From assembly GCF_009914755.1 (NCBI RefSeq), contig NC_060935.1: a stretch of 64,000 bases of DNA; one strand, written 5' to 3'. The notes under the pieces were generated by a model. The model had not been told where the DNA came from. It worked only from the letters and a program-made list of their open reading frames with translations, and did no database searches. This stretch comes from the human T2T-CHM13v2.0 reference genome, Homo sapiens. Below, piece by piece: positions 31,057 through 44,226 of the stretch (position 1 is the stretch's first letter; the number at the start of each line of letters is the position of its first letter). The position numbers were made by a program, and so were the translations under genes.

Positions 31057-34000
31057 GTATGTATTAACTTCAGAATTTTAGTTGATAAGATACGCAAATT
31101 ATCTTTTGTCTTTGTCAGTATAGCCATCAAAAAGTTTTTTGTATGATGTCATTTTGCAGATTATTAGCTTAAAAAGTCTGAGTTTGTTGAAATCTTGCAG
31201 GTTTGCTGCTAACTTGATACTTTGAAAATAGAAAAATGAATATGCCCTCTTACTATTGGTTACCTCATGGATACAAGAATAGAAACAGAAGTAGCAGAAT
31301 TCTTTCCAAGCTAAATATAAGGGCCATTAGGGCAAAATTGGTGCAAAATTGTGGATATTTGGAAAACAGAGGACCAAATTTTACCCCCAGGCTTTGATCT
31401 GGATTAAAGGGTAGCTGTGCATGTTCTAGCCATAGAGAGCACTCTTGTCTTTTCACCTCTACAACAGTATGGAAACACTATTGACCATAAGCTCTACCTT
31501 TATTGAACGTACAGATTACTCATTCATTTATTTATTTTTTAGTGAGTTAAAAATCAGGCAAGATAACAAGAGATTAATATCATCAAAGATGTTGAATTAA
31601 AAGACAGATACCTTAGTGCCTACACCTACTGAGATAACTGCGTAGATTTCTGTAGTTGTTTCTGATTGAATTTAGGCAAAGTCACTTCCAAATCATAGAA
31701 TGAGCTTATTTCTTTGGAAGAAAACATACATTGGAGCATTCAGTGTTTCAATACCACTCCATACACTAGGATAACATGTTCAAACTTTCCATGTAGGCTC
31801 CACCACAGTACAACTCAAATATGTAAAATATTAGAACTAAAGGCTCATTTTTGCAAAATGCAACCAAATTGAGAAAGGAGACATCTAGAGAAAAAAACTT
31901 CGCTTTCTTTTTGCCTGAAGCCTTAAAAATCAATTTAATAGGTCATATAATAACAAATATTAATATCAAAGTAAGGTGAGCATCCTTCAGAGAGAACAAG
32001 TATACAAATTACCTTCCAAACAGCCAAAATGCCTATTGCCCCTAGGCCCCATTCCCATGCGTAACCTAGGAAATTTATGGAAACAGCTGAAATCTTACTA
32101 ATTTTATGTGCTTAAGGAAATCTGTATTTGTTCTCAGAGGAGTTGGCGTGATATGGCAAAGAAATACCATCAAATTTTTGAAAATTCTCTTAGCAAAGAT
32201 GGGAACAGCATAAATTTAGCCTGGGGGAATATGCTAGACCTGAATAAAAAAAAGGAAACAGAATAATCTCACAGTAGTCTGCTTTACACAATAGTGTGCT
32301 CATGAAATGCTCAGTAAATAAATCAGCTTTTGATTATTATTACCATTTCCTCATATCAAAGTAAAAAAATTTGGTGGAAGATGTGTGCGTACATAGATAA
32401 TACCTGTTTTTCAGTCCTGTGGTTAATTTACAGATCAATTTTAACTTTCAGGTTTGTAGGAAACCATGCGAGTGGAGGATTATAGGAAGGGGGTGTAAAA
32501 GAATTATTTGCACAAACAATTAAATAAAATTGCTTACAAGATCTGGTAAATGTTAAGATCGTGTAAAAATATATAGCCATAAAATCAAGTCTTAGTAACA
32601 AGGAGTACACTCTGCATGTGTGGACGATTAACATCACGATTTAAAATTCTACAGTGCCTCTGAATTGCCAAAGAACAATCACATGGGGAAACTATCGTTA
32701 ATTTGCTAGTTTGTTCATTGTACAATTTTTCATTAAAGAAGCATTTTCTCAGTGATTACTATAGGATAAATTGGTTAATAAAAGCTATGAATGTAAATAT
32801 TGTCTTGTCTCATTTTCTCATTGTCCATGACTTCTTTTGTTGTTTGAACTAATGAAATTTTCCTGTGGACACCAAGAAGAGTCCATCTAATATTAAATCC
32901 TCTCTGCTAGAAATAGCACTATAGGTGAAGGTTCTAATGTGTATTTACTTTGATGGCTTTTAAAAGCCCCATCCAAATAATACTACATTTTACCCTAAAA
33001 TTACAAAGTTTAAAGCAACTTATATAATGACCCTGGTATATAAATGCATACTCTATAACAAATAAAATTATGTCAGGAAGAACTTTTAGATGGCCTACTT
33101 CTTCAGCCTGTTTGAAAAAATATATTCTGACATTATAAAAAGCCCATAAGTTATATATATTATATATATAATTGTAAAAATATTTTTGTACAAATTTTTA
33201 AGTCTATAAAAATTTAAAAATCTTTTGTAAACTTCTCAGTACCAAGTTAAATTAATTAGTTAGGTTTTCCAGTTGCTGCTTAATGAAAAGATAAATTTGC
33301 AATTTCTCCTGCTCAGAATAGAACCCAAAGTGATATGTAATAGGCTCTAGGGATGTAATAGAAGGGGGTCAATATTATGGCATTGACTTTAGGATTAGTC
33401 AGAGAAAGGAAACAGCTGTGCTCATAAATGTTCATGATAATCAGGAGGAAGGACAATAAGAAGTTCCATTTCCACAAGTGGAACCGTTTCTCCTTTTTTT
33501 TTTTTTTAATTATTCATTGTGGGTGAGGAAGAGATTGAGCCGCTGCTGATGGCTTTGGACTCTACTTGCAGAATTGACTTTCTTGCAACAATAACACTGT
33601 GTCCTCTGCTTGATGTCTTTTCACACTTCACTTTTGAAAGGAAATTTGGGGCAAGGCTTTTTTTTTTTAACCTCAAGATTTCATTTCAGTGGCACAGAAG
33701 ATGAAGCACATCCTTTGTGTCCTAGTGTTTTGAACAGCAAATAAAATGAAAAGATGCTCTGATGAACGGGAAAAATGTGTTTGAATGATAAAGTAGATCA
33801 CTGTACTGAGTGTGTATGAAGAGGCTTCTGTGTTTAGCTGTTCAAAGGTCTTTGCCTGCATAAAGCATCCTTATCCTTGTGGCAACTGATATGCTACCCT
33901 CTGTTGCAGTGCTTTTTTGTACAATTATTTGTCAGAGGATCTTGATTCACAACTCACTGTTCTCTTTTCACAACAGCTAATGGCAAGAAACCTCAGTGGG

Positions 34001-34311
34001 TGAGGGAAGGTGTGCAAGCGATGAACTGGGGAGAAGGGAGAGCAACTAATTCCATATGTTTATGTCATGCTTCTTGTCTTTTTTATGCTTGGCAGATAAC
34101 TTCCTATGCCATATACAGGGTTTAACCTATTATTTATACTCTATGACATTCTTTAGAGATAATTTTTCCTCTGTAAAATGTCAGTTCTTAGATCATGTGT
34201 TCGCTACATCCTGAAATCTTTCAGAAATAAAACCATAGAAAAGTGGAGATGAAGAACCTATTTGCAAAAGACTTATAAAAATCCAATTAAGATGTTAAAA
34301 TGTTGGACCCC

Positions 34312-34382
34312 TTAGTAATAAGGTAGATTTTATTCACATCTACCTTATTACTAGATGTGAATAAAATCTACCTTATTACTAA
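34312..34382. repeat. Perfect 31-bp inverted repeat with 9-nt spacer
   Basis: ttagtaataaggtagattttattcacatcta (34312-34342) is the exact reverse complement of tagatgtgaataaaatctaccttattactaa (34352-34382). Confidence 0.97.
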
Positions 34383-37300
34383 AGGTAGATTTTAGCTATG
34401 AAAAAATAGCTAAATTAAGAAAATTATATAGTTAGTATTGGTAAGTATATATTGTATCAGAATCTTCCATACATTGCTGAAGAAAATTGGAAATTGGCAT
34501 GCTTTCTTTGGAAGGCAATTTTATATCAAAGACCTCAGAAGTATTTATACACTTTGATTAAGTTGTTCTGCTTCCAAAAATGTATTAAAAGGCAATTAGT
34601 AGAGATAGGAACCAGAATGTCTACTGAAACATTAAAAAAATAGCTGGAACCTATGATATTTGGTAGCAGCTTAAACAAATTGTAGTCATCCATAGATGCC
34701 ATCCAAAGACAATATTCTTGAAACTATTTAAGGATATGGGAAAATATGATATATGATTAACATGAGGTCACCCGTTTGTATCTATATTTAACAATAAAAT
34801 TTCACATTCAGAATTTGAAGGAAAAATAGATAGTAATTAGGTTGTAAATTATATCATTTTCTTCAATTATCTATTAACAAACTTAAGATAGTGAAGAATT
34901 ATGGCATGTAATCTGAAACATGAACAATTGATTTATATTATGATGCAATTGGACCAATTAGCCTAGATATTTATTGACATAAAATTTTATACATCAGTAT
35001 ATTAAAAGGATTTTTCACATTGTTGAAGTTAAACTGATACTTTAAGTGATTACAGAATTCTATGTTGTATCATAACAAAGGTTTTTGTGTGGTCTGCAGA
35101 GCATGTTGTAACCATAAAGGTCTACATATAATACTCACTCTGACCCCTGCTGTTCAAACCATGTTGACGTATAAGTGACAAGAGAAACATTTCTTTTCAT
35201 TACTCTGATATATTAAGATCAATAACATTTTCATTAGATTCCTTTAAAATATTTAGGATTGTGCTTTAAGTTAAAAAGATGAACTTAAGTATTTTCTTGA
35301 ATTCAAAAGTATGTAGTTGATCAGTCTATAAACAAAATAGACCCCAATAATTATTTTATAAGAAATTAACTTTTAGTTGTAGAGTTAAAAATATATATAG
35401 CTATAGAAGGCTCTAGGTGTGAAAGTATTTATATTTTCAGTTTCACCGAAATGTAAAAGTTATTGGACTGTATTAATCAATAATCTTCCTAACAGTAAAT
35501 TTAGTAATTTTTCAAATGTTCATTTAAATAAATAATTTAACCACGTTTTCTAAAATGATGTTGAGTGTTTTTATGGGGCTAAGTTTTACAATTTAAATTA
35601 AGATCAGAAATCTATACTTTGTTTTCAAGCTTAAAAAGAGTTTTCAATTATGAATCATGAAATTGATGCTTTTATGTCATTTTTTACTAAGATATTTTAA
35701 GTAACTAACCATTTTCTTAAATTACTGCTAGTCTTGCTGTACAGTTTATTATTTGTAATTTGCATTGGCCTATCAATTTAGAAATTGTCAAGTTAACTTT
35801 TTTTCCTAGAAATTTGTTTATTTTGTTTTATTTATACACATTCTGGTGAGCTGGGAGATGGCGAAAAAAGGGATGGGGAAGTATTTTAAAAATACACACT
35901 TTTTTTGCTTGCTATAATTGTGTCAATATCATTATGTTATTGGATAATTATAGGATTTGGAGGCCAGTGACTATGCTTCATCTATTTCTCTGAGAAAGAA
36001 TCTACTCAACAAGAAAAGGGTTTGCTATCTGCGGTGTAGCATGCAAATGTGTGTGATTTGTTTGAGTATAACTTTTAAAAAAATTTATTTTCTGTGTTTG
36101 TGTTTGCTGTGTGGTACTGTCTTCTTTTGATGCATCATCCTGATGAGGAATTCTACAAATTTTTTTTTGTTTTGTTGAACATTGGTGAGCATTTTGCTTC
36201 AGGGGCAAACATTGTCTACCTGAAGTAAAAAGGTTTGTGTGTGGATTTTTAAATATTAGCATTTTCCATTTCATTTCTTAAAGTCACGTGTTGCATCAGA
36301 AAAAGAATCTATGCCTGCCTTTAAGTGTTTGATAAATCATTCCTTATTCTTGTTTTTGTCTATATTGAAGACTATAAGAGTATTTTTGTGGGAAAAAAGC
36401 TATATTACTTTTATGAGTATTAATTTATGATAATAATTTCAGGATACTCATTCAGCCCTGGATTATTTATATTAATTTCTTTCCCAGGATCATTTTATTT
36501 TAGACTTTTTATTTTTTAACACATTTTTGTTTTATGAAGTACATACTTCATTAGTATTTCAATTCACTTTTACTCTGGAACTCAGAAAACCCTTTTCAAA
36601 TCTGGCCCTCTCCCCTATGTCAGGGAAGATGCAGGAGGGAGCAGTTAAATCCCTTACGCAATGTTACACAACTTTTAAATGGCCCAGCTACAGTTTGAAT
36701 TCAGCTCCATTCACCTTCAGAAATCATGCCCCATCTGTTATAGAAAGATGTACTTTGTCTGCGTTCATTTTAGATGTTATTAGAATTATTTCAAGCAAAA
36801 GGAAAAAATATATACCAACTTAGAAAAGACTCACCTCTGATTGCTATTCTGAGTGATAGTGGCTTAATCCATTATTTTAACCTGGGTGCTGGGTGCTAGA
36901 GGAAAAAAGAGCACTCTTTTTTCCAGGATATTTCTCAACTCTGGGGCAAAGGCAATGAAATTCATTCAATTCTGTAGGGCTTCCATTACTGATGAGATTA
37001 TGAATGGACACTCCTTGTTCAAATGATTTATATGGATGCCATATTCTATTTTAAATCATTCTTACTGGTGATTCTGAGAAATGTGGATACTCACACACAT
37101 CATTATTGAGCTTGTGAGATTCTTCTTTGTTTGCTTTTTCCTTCTTCTCAGCAGCCTCAGATCAGTTTTATAGCCCCTAAATTGCTATCCCTATTTATCA
37201 CCTACATTTAACCTCACAGATTTTTGTGTGGGTCTTACTCAGAGTGACATGACACAGAGAGTAGTCTGTGACTGTCTTCACTTTCTTGGGAAGCATGAAA

Positions 37301-37393
37301 GTTTTTATGTATCTTATAGATTCCGGCAGGAGAGAAATGCCTATAATATTTATTAAGGGCTAATCCAACATTCTCATTATTTCCCCTCCATTT

Positions 37394-37439
<46 letters not shown>

Positions 37440-37447
37440 CCACCACC
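37394..37447. repeat. (ATC)15(ACC)3 trinucleotide microsatellite
   Basis: Read directly; produces the poly-Asp run in minus-strand ORF 37235..37513. Confidence 0.97.
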
Positions 37448-37564
37448 ATTGCTATCCTTCACATTTGTGGAGCATGTTACATATATCAAAGCACACTTAA
37501 ATATTTTCAGCAAAACATATGTAGGAATTATAACTACTATTTATTATTATAACATTGATTAATA

Positions 37565-37720
37565 CAGTACTTATCAAACTTTAGTGTATATACACATCAC
37601 CTGGAAAATTTTTTTAAATGTAGTTTCTGATTATTAGAGCTGGATAGGTCCCCAAATTTGCATTTTTAATAAACTCCCATGCCATGCCTATACTGCTGGT
37701 CTCTGGGTCACATTTTGGTG
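37565..37720. mobile_element. MER5A-like DNA transposon fossil
   Basis: tcaaactttagtgtat...atcacctgg...ttgcatttttaataaactccca...tgctggtctctgggtcacattttg. Confidence 0.75.
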
Positions 37721-39244
37721 CAAGAGAGTAACATTTATTGTTTACCGGGTACCATGTGTTCTTAACCATATGGTTACCTCATAAAGGAGTGCAAGTAGAA
37801 GACATGGCACTTGTTTTAGAGTTGAAGAAATTAGCCTTAAGTAGAATCCAATTCTTCTGACTTCTAGTTTACTATTTCTTCTACTATACCACTCTCCTTG
37901 GCATATTAGAACCAATTCTCTACTCTGGGAAAGTAGGCAGCCATTAATTTATAATATTTTTATAAGTGAACAACATTTATCCTAAAGTATATTTTTTCAA
38001 GTTCCCTTACTAAATAAAAGGCTAAAAAGCTATTTTCTTCGACATTACCATTAATGTTGTAACCTCTAGTTATATAGAAACCAAATGGACAACATAATTT
38101 TTCATGCTTTCATTTCTTTGCCCATCTGTTAAAACTTAATATATTTAACTAAACTATACATTCATGGTCTAATGCATTTTATCCTTGCAGATTCTGTGAC
38201 ATTGAAATTCTACCCTCTTGCTTTAGTGGAAAGCCTCATTTTCTATTCCTGGAGCTAACAGCATTCCATTTGACATTTGATGCCCATGAGATTTTTTTTA
38301 ATAGAATCTAGGTTATGAGAGTGAGTCTCTTGCCACATATTTTTGAATGGAAACCTGTGTTACTTTTCCCAGAGGTGTTTTACATTATGCTTTTCTTGAA
38401 ATGCTTTTGATTATTTAAAAAGAAGCCGCCAATGATAAAACCATTTGTGTAATAATCACCATTGACTAGAGAGCTCTTTATTTGTTTTGAAGAGAATTTG
38501 TTCAGAAGAAAGCTACAGCAATCCTCTCTTCTACCCCAACTCAAAGCAAAAGACCTTGTTAATGTTACAATGATCAAGTGGGGAAAATGTCTCCTACTGT
38601 AAGTTTTAATGTAACTAGATGTTCTTTTGAAAAAGATAAATGATGACATGTGCTTAAAATGAGTAGTACATATGACTGCATGCTAGGGCTTTAGTACAAA
38701 CACAGTACAATGATAGTTGCCTGTCTAATTATCTTGACAAAGGTATACATTCAGTTATTTTATCTTCTAAAATAGACAATACATGATTACATAAATAATT
38801 ATTAAAAGTGAACTCTACTAAATTATTTTAATCACAAAAGAAAATTAAAGGCAAGGTATTTGGTGTTTCAAAAACTGACATATGTCCTAATGCAATTGTT
38901 ACTTGAACTTTGTACTTAGCATCAACTTGTAATTGCTGAAGGATATCTACTTTATATCTTTACATGTTGGCCAAATTGACTCATTTAACCTGAAGTTTGA
39001 TTAAATTTAGAATTAACTATATCTGATATAATATAAAAGATAAACATTTAAAATATACTCATTATAATAGAACCAATCTAAATTATATCTCCTAACAGTA
39101 ATCTTCTCTTCATTCCAGAGTTTCTCTCACTGTCTAGTAACTGACACATTATGATGCACAAAAAGTGCTTGCAGGGAAAAAAGTGAATTAATATTAATCG
39201 ACTAAACCAAATAAAATAATAATGAAAAGAAAAAAATATAAAAC

Positions 39245-39470
39245 TATCATTGGGCTGTTATTTTCTATGTGCCAAGTACTATGCTAAGCATAACAGTAAA
39301 TATTATTTTGTTTAATCATCACAAAAATATTATGAGGTGGGCACTATTGTTTTCCTGCAGAAAAATGTGATTTTGTAGAATAACCTCCCAAAATAATATG
39401 ACCAGCAAGTATTAGTGCTCATACTCACACCCAGATCTTTGTGGCTTGAATTACGCAACCATTATACTCT
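39245..39470 (-). mobile_element. MIR SINE
   Basis: ctatgtgccaagtactatgctaagca...tttaatcatcacaa...tatgaggtgggcactatt. Confidence 0.65.
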
Positions 39471-42304
39471 TTTCATCTATTAACTTTAGTTTAGACCTTG
39501 CTCTAGTGCCACTACCAAAGTCACCTTTTTAGTATAATATAGATACTACATACAGACATTTGAATTTACATTTTATAGCAATAAGGTAAGAGTGCTTGCT
39601 TTTGCAATTAAACATTTGCATGATTTAAATTCTTGCCTTTTCTAAAGATGCTAGGTAAAACTTTAGCCTTTATTCAGTTTGTTCATCATCACAACCCCTA
39701 TCACCACCACCACATAACCACATAACTATCATCTTCCTTGTCTTACAAGGCATTGTAGTCACTAAGTCCTTTCTCTGTTCTAAGTATTGCATTAAGTTAT
39801 GCAACTCTACAGATTTATCTTAGTCATTGCTTGCTGGTCACCAATCATTCTTTTTTTTTTTTTTTTTTTTTGGTCCATTAGTGGCCAGGCTTGGTATATT
39901 CGTATTTGAAAAACTATTAACATATGAGGTAATATTACAGATGTGCTTTAAAAGCAATTTTATTGCTTTATAAAAAGGCAATATTTACACAAAGAAGTGA
40001 AAGTAAAACACCATTTTTCTGTTAGCATTTTCCTAAGAAATGATGCTGGGGAAGAGGTTTATCTGTCTTAAATTTTAACGGGCTGATTCTGTTAATGAAA
40101 TAAAATGAAGAATCATGCAGTTTCTTCTCAGTTTGCCAAATTGCTTTTCTAATGAGTCTGTGATAGAGTTGATATTGAGTTTTGGCATGCAAAAGCTGTT
40201 TTAAATTGGCAAATGAAGAAGCAAAGAAATACACAATATTGATGCATCCTACATGTGAAATTGTCTTTCTTACAGCACTCACATTATTATTTTTCTTCAG
40301 AATGAATTTGATTTTCCAAATTAGTACTCAGAATATGTACAGTAAGTTGGTTAAAGAACCATTATTATCAGGTATTATCTTTTATAGTTGGTTATTAGCT
40401 GCACATTGACACAATTTAGTCAGTTAACTAATAGTTTTTATATTTTGACACTCTTGTCATCAAGAAATGCATGACATTGTATCAAAAGCTCTTGATGCTA
40501 TAGCCACTGCTTCACACAGCTTTTACTTAGGATGAGGGCATTAGCTTTAAAAGTCCTCCTCTCCTCAGTTTTTACATACTTCTTTCTCCCACTCAAAACT
40601 CCTTTTTGTTATTTTGTACCATGGATATGTTAAAAAAAAAAAAAAAGTCTGAATCAGAAAAAAATTGATGATCTATACAGGAAGATCCATTTTCACTTGT
40701 TTATTTCTGTTTCGTAATATGTGTTATTGTTCTCTGTATGAAATTGATGCCTGTGTGGCATTACAGCCCTTATGTTACTTTGTGCTGGAATTTATTTAAT
40801 ATACTAAACCTTATGAAGTTGATATCATTCTAGCCACAGTCAACTTGTAGTAGATTTGAAACTGGAGGTAGTAAATATCTTCATTTTAAGCCCTTTTAAT
40901 TAAAAGCAATTAAAAATTCCCTAACTAGGACTTTGTGACAATTTACTGATGGTCATCTGAATCTAAAATTTGTGTTATCAGTAATAGAAATATCCTGCAA
41001 TTCAGATTTTCCATAATCGGCTATGGGATTTAAAATTTAATGGTGGGATTAGAATTCTGGTAGGATTCAAATTTATTTTAAAAGCTTTAAAATGCCACTT
41101 TATAACCAAATAATAATACATTTGGATGTCTCCTTAAAACCAAATGAAATCACACACTTTTACAATCAGGTAAAAGTGTTTATTCTATTTACTACACACA
41201 CCCAGCAAATTCCACTGTGCTGTCAGTGGATCAAATATTGCCACTATCATAATCTGTAGAAAGAAGAAACTAGAATATTTAAGTGAATAGAATAATACTG
41301 GAAAGTTAAATTATTACGGAATTCTGTGTTTAAGAATAAAAGCAATATTGCTCTTTTTCTTAAAATCTATCAATAAACAATCAATAAGCTAATATTTTCC
41401 TTTTTTAGAATACTATGTGTCAGTGTAAGACTGTTCTCAGTGCAAATTTTTTCCAATCTCTCTTATCTTTATTCAGTGCTGAATAAAAGAACATTGTAAA
41501 AATCCCCACATTTTGCTTAAAAAAGAGAATAGTATGCTCTTTTACATGCTCTTCTTGTAGGCTTGACAAAAGCAAGTATGATTTGTCACATTACTGAATG
41601 TCTATCAGTAAAGCAAATGCACTAATTAATCACATTATATTATAATAGAAATATCAATTCAAAGTATAGCCTTCTAATTTGCTTCTGTGATGGGCAAAAC
41701 TTGCTAATGGTGCATTGGTACATATTTCCAAAATTCAGTCAGTTGAAATTGTTTCTTTCTAAAATATTATTTAATCAGATTTGATTAGAAGGGCACATGA
41801 AGTGACAGGGTCTCACTTTGACATTCATCTTTGGAGGATAACAAAGGAATGTAGTATAAAATGTTTATCCTTATTTCATTTTTTTTCCTGCTAAAATCAC
41901 TGTTGGAGGTAGGCCCATGATATTAAAATGGCTAGCCCTTGCTCCATAGTTGTGATTTGTGTTTTTAAATATCAATTATTGACAGGTATCATAATTACAG
42001 CTACATAGGCATCCAATATTGATGTACCAGTATTAATTAATTGAATAAAACATTTTTAGGGTGAGATTTCCTGAGGGTTTCCTGAGATTTCCGGGGTGAG
42101 AGTTCCTGAGACGAATAGCTTTCAAGAGGAAGCATAGGCAGAGTTTTGAGAACTAATTTAAGCCTTTAGTAGAGCTAGATGTATTGAGGTATGGGATGGG
42201 TTCTATGACTGTCAGAATGAAGACTAGATCCTTTCCTGGGAGCACGAGGAATGAGGGTCATTGGCAAGCCTGTGCTGTTGAGCTGCTTATTCCTTCTATT
42301 GTAA

Positions 42305-42397
<93 letters not shown>

Positions 42398-43920
42398 TAG
42401 GTCAAACCACTGCAACTATGTCAAGACATTGACGATTTCAGCATCCAAGCAACACAGAAGCTTGCTGGCTTTTCATTGCTAATGTTTAACCTGGATGTTG
42501 AGAAGCTACTCATTCACGATGATAATATGAACTTCTTGAGGGCAGCAGTTAACCAAATTAAAAGTGTGCCACCAATATTCCTAACCTCAAGATCTTGTTG
42601 TCAAAGCCACTATGTCTAAGCATTTGCTAATAAAATACATTTTCCCTCCAAAACTTTCCTGGGGAGGGGAGGACATTGTACATGCAGTTTTATATGACAG
42701 TTCTCCTTAGTGGAAAGTCTATTCCCATATTCTATCTTCCTCCTCCTTCACCTCCTTGCTTCCTTTTTACTTTTTAATAATTTTCAGCCTCCCCTTTTAT
42801 TCCTTTTCTTCATTACCCTCATTCAACACTTTGCTCTTTTAGTTTCCACTTCTGACTAGGATGATAGTTTTAAAATTATCTACATTTTTATTAGGAAAAG
42901 ACATAGAATGTTATCCTTATGTAGAAGCATCTTTGAAACCTGTTTTTTTTCTGTAGGAAGGAAAAACAAGAATTAATTTCAGAAATCATAGCTAAATAAG
43001 CAGAGGAAGGAACTCTGTTAGCTAAAGCAACTTGCTTTGGTTACCTGTTTTCCCATTTATTATCTTGCATACCATCAGACAGGGCTTCTGGCCAGCCCAT
43101 GAAGCCCAAAGAACAAGAAATGAAGATACAAATGTTTGAAGAAGTCTTGATGCAAATTAAAAATTCAAGATTAATTAGAAAATGGTTTCTTATCCACATC
43201 TGGGTATACTTTTAGGGTTGAGATCAGATGAATAAGTAAGATAAAGTGAGAACTAACACTGAATGAACATTCTCAAAGAATTTATTAATAAAATCAAGAA
43301 AAAAAATAGGTGAACACACCAGCAATTTACAACTTGGCTAGAAAACTTGCTGCCAATTAATAGACCTTTCTTTGATCCAATAGAAAATTAACCTGTAATC
43401 AGAATATGTAACCTCAAGTTCTTTAAATCATCATATCAATATAATCTTCATGAATTGTGCATCGGGTATAAATTTCATTTTGCCACAATAATTGGGTGTG
43501 CAAAAGATTGCTTTAATGTTTTTCAATTCAAATTAAATATTTTTGAGCCTTACCTCAACATGGAGTAAAAAAACAATTTGAGACATGTGAAGGTTTTTCT
43601 ATTTACCCCACACTCTTCCCAGTTAATTGTGGGAAGGCCTCTGGGGGAGAACTCTCTAGTCTTGGTCCTTTCAGATGTCTACTGCTCAGGCATAGTTCAA
43701 ACTTGTGGCATCTGGCTGTTTCTTAGGACTTCGTTCTCTATCATTGCTGCCACATACTTGGGTTCTGTGAAGGAGCAGGATAAAGATATACCTCTTGCTT
43801 CTAGCACCCGGCCACACCTACTCCCCCACCAACCTTGGGGCTTCTGGCCTGGAAGACAAATGGCCTTAAGTCAAGTGAAAACCAAGGACTCGGCATCTAT
43901 TGCTTAAGAAAGGGGAAGTT

Positions 43921-44226
43921 GGCCGGGCGCTGTGGCTCATGCCTGTAATCCCAGCACTTTGGGAGGCCGAGGCGGGCGGATCACGAGGTCAGGAGATCGA
44001 GACCATCCTGACTAACAGAATGAAACCCTGTCTATACTAAAAATACAAAAAATTAGCCGGGTGTGGTGGTGGGCGCCTGTTGTCCCAGCTATCGGGAGGC
44101 TGAGGCAGGAAAATGGCGTGAACCTGGGAGGCGGAGCTTGCAGTGAGCCTAGATTGCACCACTGCACCCCAGCCTGGGCGACAGAGCAAGATTCGCTCTC
44201 AAAAAAAAAAAAAAAAAAAAAAAAAA
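43921..44226 (+). mobile_element. AluY with perfect 15-bp TSD
   Basis: Y diagnostics gatcacgaggtcaggagatcgagaccatcc, aatggcgtgaacc and gcggagcttgcag. Pure A tail. TSD aagaaaggggaagtt at 43906-43920 and 44227-44241, preceded by TT. Confidence 0.97.

Noticed and set aside
33500-36310. Non-repeat stretches with ATGCAAAT and GTCACGTG motifs as possible enhancers
   Set aside because: Single short motifs are expected by chance; conservation and chromatin cannot be assessed from sequence alone.
37235-37513. Poly-Asp ORF
   Set aside because: Translation of the (ATC)n microsatellite.
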